Origin: Candidatus Hydrogenedentota bacterium
GTDB taxonomy: Bacteria > Hydrogenedentota > Hydrogenedentia > Hydrogenedentales > SLHB01
Direction of reading: 5' to 3'
Length of the DNA: 64,000 bases
NCBI GenBank assembly: GCA_963745075.1
Contig: CAVUWV010000024.1
Location: 160,001 to 224,000 of the forward strand
Positions 58,803 to 64,000 of the stretch are shown piece after piece; position 1 is the first letter of the stretch; each line of letters begins with the position of its first letter. A model generated the notes under the pieces. The model worked only from the letters and a program-made list of their open reading frames with translations. It made no database searches and was not told the origin of the DNA. The translations under genes and the position numbers were made by a program.

Positions 58803-61253
58803 TCACGCGGTTGGCGCCAATTGTTCGGCGGGGATCTCGATTGGATCCTCCTCCGTTCCGTCATGCTTGGACGCAAGCGAGACGATGCCTCCCACATCCA
58901 GGATCAGGCCAACCGTACCGTCCGACATAATCGCGCCGCCGGCAACACCATCCAAATCCTGCATGGCCTGACCCAACGACTTGATTACAATTTGCTGTTG
59001 TCCCACGAGTTCGTCGATCAGCAATCCGACCTTGCGCCCTTCGTTTTCAACGATCATCACCAGCGCGTTCGAGGGTTCCCGCTTGGCTTCCCTGATCCCG
59101 AAGAGCCGGTAAAGTCGGAACAGGGGAATCAATTCCCCCTGCAAACTAAGCACTTCACCCCGGCCCACCACCGTGGAAACCTGGCCGGGTTCGGGTTGGA
59201 TGGAGCGTACCACGGAGAGGGTGGGTACGATATACCGTTCCTCTCCAACCTGTATCACCATGCCTTCGATGATCGCCAATGTCAGGGGAAGACGAATGCT
59301 GAACACGCTTCCCTTGCCCGTTTCGCTTTGGATCTCGACCTGTCCACGAAGGGCGTCGATGTTTCGACGCACCACGTCCATGCCGACCCCGCGGCCCGAA
59401 ACGTCCGTGATCGCTTTCGCCGTCGAGAACCCCGGCTCGAAAATGAGGTTCCACACCTCGCGATCCGTCAACGACTCCGAATCGCGAACCAGTCCGCGCT
59501 CCCGGGCCTTCGCGAGGATCGCCTCCCGGTCCAACCCTCGTCCATCATCTTCGATTTCAATGTAGATGCTGCCGCCCTTATGAAACGCTCGCAGGGTGAC
59601 CCGCCCGGCTTCGGGCTTTCCGCCTTGCCGGCGTTCTTCCCCCGAGGTCTCAAGTCCGTGGTCGCACGAATTGCGAATCATGTGGACCAGCGGATCGCCG
59701 ATCTTGTCGACGACCGTCTTGTCCAACTCCGTATCTTCCCCCTCCATGACAAAATCGATCTTCTTCCCGGATTTCTTTGCCAAGTCGCGGACCAAACGGG
59801 CCATCTTCTGGAACGTTGCCCGCAAAGGCACCATCCGCAACGACGTACCCATCTCCTGGAGTTCCCGCGTGATCTTGTCCAACTGCCCGAGTTGCCTCGT
59901 CAGTTGTGCGTTGCCGACGTGACTCACCTCGACCGATTGACACACCATCGATTCTGCGATGACCAGTTCGCCAATCAAATCGATAAGCCGGTCCAACCGA
60001 TCGGCATCGACTTTCACGGCTTCCTTGACTTCCACCGGGCCGTGGCGCTGTTTCTGCGCGCGCAGCGCAAGCGCTACGTCTTTGGCCCCCACCTCACCCG
60101 ACTTCACCAAAACCTCACCGATTCGCGGCGACGCCGGCGAAGCGCTCTGTTTCTGAAGGGCCCGCGCGATGTCCTCAATCCGAGCCGCCCCCATATCGAC
60201 CAGAATTTCCCCCAGCAATCGGGGAAACTCCTCCTGCTCCTGGTGGGCCAATGCCTGATCCAACTGGCTGCGACTGATGACAACATCGCGAATAAGCAGT
60301 TCACCCAACAGGCGGCTTTCTTCAAGGACCCGCTGACGGTCGGCGGCGGCGTTCACCGCGGGCGCGTCCGCGAGACCGGCTTCTACCAGGATTTCCCCGA
60401 CGCGGCCTCCCGTTGTGTTCTCCAGTTCCCTCGGAGGCGCCGGCGCTAGGCCGGATGTTGCCGCCACCAGACGTTCCACCAACGCCGGCAGTTCCGGCAC
60501 TTCGGGCAAGTCCTCGCCCGACCCGAGCGAATTCGCCACGTCTTGGACGAGTTGCTTCATGAGATCGACCGACTCGAAGGTAATGTCGATATTGCCGCCG
60601 ACCAGATCCAATTCTTCCTTGCGCGCCTTGTCGAGAAGACTCTCCGCCTGGTGCGCCAATGTCTGCACGTCTGCCAGGCCCAAAAAACCTGCCACACCCT
60701 TGATGGTGTGAAACGCGCGGAACACTGCGTTTAACGCGTCGGCGTCTTTGGGGTTGGATTCGATGGTGAGTAGATGAACGTCGGCATTATCCAGATGCTC
60801 TTGCGCCTCTGAAATGAATTCCGCAAGAAGGTCCGGGTCGCCCTCCAACGCGCGTGATATCGATTCCACGGTGCCGGCCGACTGGGATACCGTAGCACTC
60901 GACTGGTCACCCGTCGCAGTTTGGAGAGATGCCATCGCTGCATCGCCGGGAAAGTCGACTTCATCTTCCGACCGGCCGTCGCGCGCAATGCCTTGCACTG
61001 CTTCTACCACGCGACCCACTGTTTGCATCGCCTTGTCCGGCCCGGCAACTTCGCCGAGGATAATCTGCTCGATCAGATTTGCGGCGGCGTCCACCTCCTG
61101 CGAAGCCCTTGCCATCCCCTGCGACTTCGCCCATTCGCTCACCTGCCCAAGGTAGGTATGCAGTGCTGCGAACGTTTGAAGGTCCGCGGCATCCGCCAGC
61201 ACAATCCCTTCGGACAAAGCATTCAGTGTAGATAGAATGTCCTGGTCGCCCAT
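58803..61253 (-). CDS. cheA: Chemotaxis histidine kinase CheA with four MshEN-like repeats
   Basis: Hpt FRAFHTIKG, dimerisation LDRLIDLIGELVI, HATPase RNSCDHG/DDGRG/GRGVGMD, C-terminal CheW domain; GGAGG RBS before ATG 61253. Confidence 0.96.
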   Translation of the reverse strand: MGDQDILSTLNALSEGIVLADAADLQTFAALHTYLGQVSEWAKSQGMARASQEVDAAANLIEQIILGEVAGPDKAMQTVGRVVEAVQGIARDGRSEDEVDFPGDAAMASLQTATGDQSSATVSQSAGTVESISRALEGDPDLLAEFISEAQEHLDNADVHLLTIESNPKDADALNAVFRAFHTIKGVAGFLGLADVQTLAHQAESLLDKARKEELDLVGGNIDITFESVDLMKQLVQDVANSLGSGEDLPEVPELPALVERLVAATSGLAPAPPRELENTTGGRVGEILVEAGLADAPAVNAAADRQRVLEESRLLGELLIRDVVISRSQLDQALAHQEQEEFPRLLGEILVDMGAARIEDIARALQKQSASPASPRIGEVLVKSGEVGAKDVALALRAQKQRHGPVEVKEAVKVDADRLDRLIDLIGELVIAESMVCQSVEVSHVGNAQLTRQLGQLDKITRELQEMGTSLRMVPLRATFQKMARLVRDLAKKSGKKIDFVMEGEDTELDKTVVDKIGDPLVHMIRNSCDHGLETSGEERRQGGKPEAGRVTLRAFHKGGSIYIEIEDDGRGLDREAILAKARERGLVRDSESLTDREVWNLIFEPGFSTAKAITDVSGRGVGMDVVRRNIDALRGQVEIQSETGKGSVFSIRLPLTLAIIEGMVIQVGEERYIVPTLSVVRSIQPEPGQVSTVVGRGEVLSLQGELIPLFRLYRLFGIREAKREPSNALVMIVENEGRKVGLLIDELVGQQQIVIKSLGQAMQDLDGVAGGAIMSDGTVGLILDVGGIVSLASKHDGTEEDPIEIPAEQLAPTA

Positions 61254-61671
61254 TCCTCCCCCCCAGTATGGCTGCGTTTCTCGCTGTACTATGTCGTACC
61301 CGCCGCCGAGACGGTATGTCCCGCCCGTCACGAAATCGCTTTTGGCAACCGGTCTACAAAAAAGCGATTTCTGCGAATCTCGCTTCTGCCTGCTCAAAAG
61401 GTTACCACTTATTCTCCTGCAAGTCAACGGTGGACCGCGTAAATCGAGTAAAACCAGATGGAATGCCGGGGAATGCGGTACTTATCGTAAATATTGAAAT
61501 TAGCACATTTGCGGATGCCGACGACTCAGGGGAAATTCCTATATCTGCTGCGCAAATCGCGTGCCACTCAAATTGCGTGTACGGGCGAACGCGGAGAAGC
61601 GCAACCTGCGCGCGCCGGGAACCCACGCGATCGATGGAAAGGGGAGTCGTGGCCCAACGATGGACCTGGGA

Positions 61672-62220
61672 CTAATCGAGAGCGAACACCACCGCCGTGA
61701 GGACGGTGGTCCAAAGCCCGTTCTTGTTACCTTCGGCCGACTGACAGATGTTTCGCGTCTTGAAAATATGTCCGCTGGCTTTGTAAATCTGCTTGCGTTC
61801 GTCCCACGCCTTATCCGGATCGAACTCGATATCAAGGGTGGTCGCCAGCATGGTGGCCGCAAGATCCTCCGCGTATTCACCTGCAATGGCGCTTTTTTGG
61901 CCGTAAGCGTGGTGTTCGGAAATATAACCGTACTGCTGCTCTTTCTTTTGCGGCACAGCGAGGCCGACGGATGCGGCGATGAGGCGGTTGGGTTCGCACG
62001 TGTCCGCGCGGGACATCACGCAGAATACAATCTGGCCCGGTTCCAGAAACTTCAAACCCGCGTTGCGCGAGATAATCTTGCATTTGGGCGGGAAAATACT
62101 CGACACGTAGACGAGATTGAACTTCTCGATACCGGCATCCCGCAACGCACTCTCGAACGATGCAAGCCGCTCTTTGTGAACGCCGACGCCACGAACGAAA
62201 AACGCGCGCTTGGGCACCAT
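61672..62220 (-). CDS. pdaD: Pyruvoyl-dependent arginine decarboxylase
   Basis: [21 protein letters not shown] (SS self-cleavage site), YGYISEHH. Start could be 62244 or 62265. Confidence 0.92.
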   Translation of the reverse strand: MVPKRAFFVRGVGVHKERLASFESALRDAGIEKFNLVYVSSIFPPKCKIISRNAGLKFLEPGQIVFCVMSRADTCEPNRLIAASVGLAVPQKKEQQYGYISEHHAYGQKSAIAGEYAEDLAATMLATTLDIEFDPDKAWDERKQIYKASGHIFKTRNICQSAEGNKNGLWTTVLTAVVFALD

Positions 62221-62345
62221 ATCGCCAGGTATTTGCTGATGCATCTTCTTCAGGGACCCCTCCATGATTCTTCGATAGGATTGAAAAAGCGAGACAACTT
62301 CAGTGTCTACGGTTCCGCACATTACCCACCGGAACCGCGAACGCT

Positions 62346-62374
62346 AGTATAGTCCGCGAGGTCAGGTCGATCAA
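62346..62374 (-). promoter_or_regulatory. sigma70 promoter for the arginine decarboxylase gene
   Basis: Minus strand TTGATC-17-TATACT. Confidence 0.55.
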
Positions 62375-62376
62375 CC

Positions 62377-62402
62377 AAAATGGCACGGTGAATTTGCCAT
62401 TT
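62377..62402 (-). terminator. Hairpin downstream of the 62414-63268 gene
   Basis: AAAATGGCA...TGCCATTTT inverted repeat. Confidence 0.45.
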
Positions 62403-62413
62403 CTGGGCGGCTG

Positions 62414-63268
62414 TCAATAGGCGATCACCTGGACCTCGCTATTGATCGTCTCGGCGCTTGTTTCACCGCTGAGCAGCGACTTCTTGAATCCCAGGAAGAG
62501 CCGGTCGCGGCCGGTAACGCGACCGCCAAACCAGGAGAATGATCGCGCGACGCCATTATCCGTCTCGGTATTCAGACCGGAGGCCTTCGGCGCTTCAACG
62601 ATCACGATCACCCGTTCCGCATCGGGAATACCGGTCAAGCGATGGCCGTATCGGGCGACCGTTGACACGACCGTTTCACGAAGCGTCTTGACCCGTTCCT
62701 TGTTGTACGTGAGCGGACCGCCACCTATTCCGGGAATTAGATCGAAGAACGCATCGGCGACCTCACGGTCCACCATCGGCGACTTCTCTTCGAGCCCCGA
62801 TGCCTCCGGACCTGGGACGAAGAGTTCGTCGGTTCGCACGCGGTCCTCCAGCCCATCGAGGCGTTTCGGTTGTGGTTCGGCGCCATGGGAGGGGGACGCG
62901 GCCCCCTTCCGTGGCTTCTTTTGAAACTTCTCCCACAGGTCCGGCTCCTCTACGCTCGGAGCCGTTGGAGCGGGCTGGTTCGGCGGCTCCGTGATTAGGA
63001 AAGCCACCGGAACCGTAAAGATCGCGCCAACCGTCGGAATGTACTGTCCCTCAACCGTGGATCCGAAGGCACGAATTTGCCCCGCCAATCCTTTCCATCC
63101 TTCCAGGTCCGCCTCGTCCAGGCTGCGCTCGATGACTTTGGCCATGATCCCTACCTGGCTGTCCATTTCTTCCGATTGCTGGCCGTGCTCAGGTTCCCCA
63201 CTGGCGATGAACGGCAGCAGAAATACCGCGAGCCCAACCATGACGCTTCGCAATAGTGTCTGGCTCAT
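62414..63268 (-). CDS. Secreted hypothetical protein
   Basis: Signal peptide, GGAGG RBS; GQYIPTVGAIFTV and VARYG motifs; family not recognised. Confidence 0.7.
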   Translation of the reverse strand: MSQTLLRSVMVGLAVFLLPFIASGEPEHGQQSEEMDSQVGIMAKVIERSLDEADLEGWKGLAGQIRAFGSTVEGQYIPTVGAIFTVPVAFLITEPPNQPAPTAPSVEEPDLWEKFQKKPRKGAASPSHGAEPQPKRLDGLEDRVRTDELFVPGPEASGLEEKSPMVDREVADAFFDLIPGIGGGPLTYNKERVKTLRETVVSTVARYGHRLTGIPDAERVIVIVEAPKASGLNTETDNGVARSFSWFGGRVTGRDRLFLGFKKSLLSGETSAETINSEVQVIAY

Positions 63269-63542
63269 GTTTCCAACCTCCTGGTTGCTTCGATCGGCCC
63301 GTCGATGTCATTGCAGAGACGGGGGACCGGTTGACGATGCACGCTCGTTCCAGCTATCTCACTCGCACGTCATGCCACACGCATTTGTTGGCGCTGCGCA
63401 CAGTGCCTAACAACCATCTAACCACAAACTCATTCGATTTGCACGCAATCGATCTCGTTTAACCTGCGTTTGTTTTCCAATGGCTGCGTTTCCGGAAAAC
63501 GCTGGGAGGGGACGGTGCGTTCCAAAGGAGTAAAGGGGAATC

Positions 63543-64000
63543 ATGATTACACGAAAACAAGGTTTTACACTGATCGAACTCCTCGTTGTGATCACCATCA
63601 TCGGTATTCTCGCGGCGATTTTGTTGCCCGCGCTGGCCCGCGCCCGCGAGGCCGCCCGCCGCGCAAGCTGCCAAAATAATCTGAAACAGATGGGCATCAT
63701 CTACAAAATGTACGCTAACGAAGCCAACGGCTCCTTCCCACCTATGCAAGGTCCAGACTTCTACTTCACAGACGAGGATGGAATTGATCCTACAGGTGAT
63801 GCCAATTATGACGGATGTAACTATCAAAACGGTGTCGACATAGCGCCGCTCTCGCAAACCATTTACCCGGAGTATCTGACAGACTGGAATGTGTTCCGAT
63901 GCCCGTCCGACCCAGACTCCGCCGAATCAGTCGAAGACCATCTGGAGATCGTCGCCCAGGTTAGTAATAACGGCACTCGCTGCATAGGAGCAGGTCAAGC
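63543..64000 (+). CDS. DUF1559 / prepilin-type N-terminal cleavage-methylation protein (3' truncated by the window)
   Basis: [49 protein letters not shown]...IYPEYLTDW...CPSD; frame open to the window edge. Confidence 0.92.
   Translation, partial: MITRKQGFTLIELLVVITIIGILAAILLPALARAREAARRASCQNNLKQMGIIYKMYANEANGSFPPMQGPDFYFTDEDGIDPTGDANYDGCNYQNGVDIAPLSQTIYPEYLTDWNVFRCPSDPDSAESVEDHLEIVAQVSNNGTRCIGAGQ

Noticed and set aside
61254..61671. c-di-GMP riboswitch or sigma28 promoter upstream of cheA
   Set aside because: No GEMM consensus seen; the TACGATAA-like box lacks a correctly spaced -35.
62381..62398. TGGCAC...TTGC as a sigma54 promoter
   Set aside because: GG-to-GC spacing is 12 rather than 10; better explained as a hairpin.

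Overview
GC-rich bacterial chromosome segment. Two DUF1559/prepilin-like proteins, kdsB and fliW-csrA suggest a diderm of the Hydrogenedentota/PVC type (inference). Housekeeping genes: dnaE, pncC/cinA, kdsB-pyrG. Other gene blocks: a fliW-csrA operon continuing into large glycosyltransferases (probable flagellin or surface glycosylation), a YtrA-type GntR/ABC operon, glycoside hydrolases (GH89, GH78-like and an unclassified propeller + helical-barrel protein), and a 12-gene chemotaxis operon (cheA-cheW-fapA-cheX-cheY-cheD-cheR-cheD-HDOD-cheY-cheX-cheB). The most striking observations are: (1) a 1.7-kb IS-like element (45013-46710) without terminal inverted repeats, bounded by an ACCCAG direct repeat and a terminal hairpin, whose single protein carries Rep_trans-like (tyrosine nickase) motifs rather than DDE, HUH or serine/tyrosine recombinase motifs; (2) a CheA with four tandem MshEN-like c-di-GMP-binding motifs in place of the P2 domain; (3) several small non-autonomous elements (IS5-type MITE carrying REPs, REP doublet, nested hairpin insertion); (4) a 36-aa ORF with an eCIS tail-fibre-like motif. 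Several genes carry single-base frameshifts, mostly +1, which may be assembly errors. No rRNA, tRNA or CRISPR array was seen.
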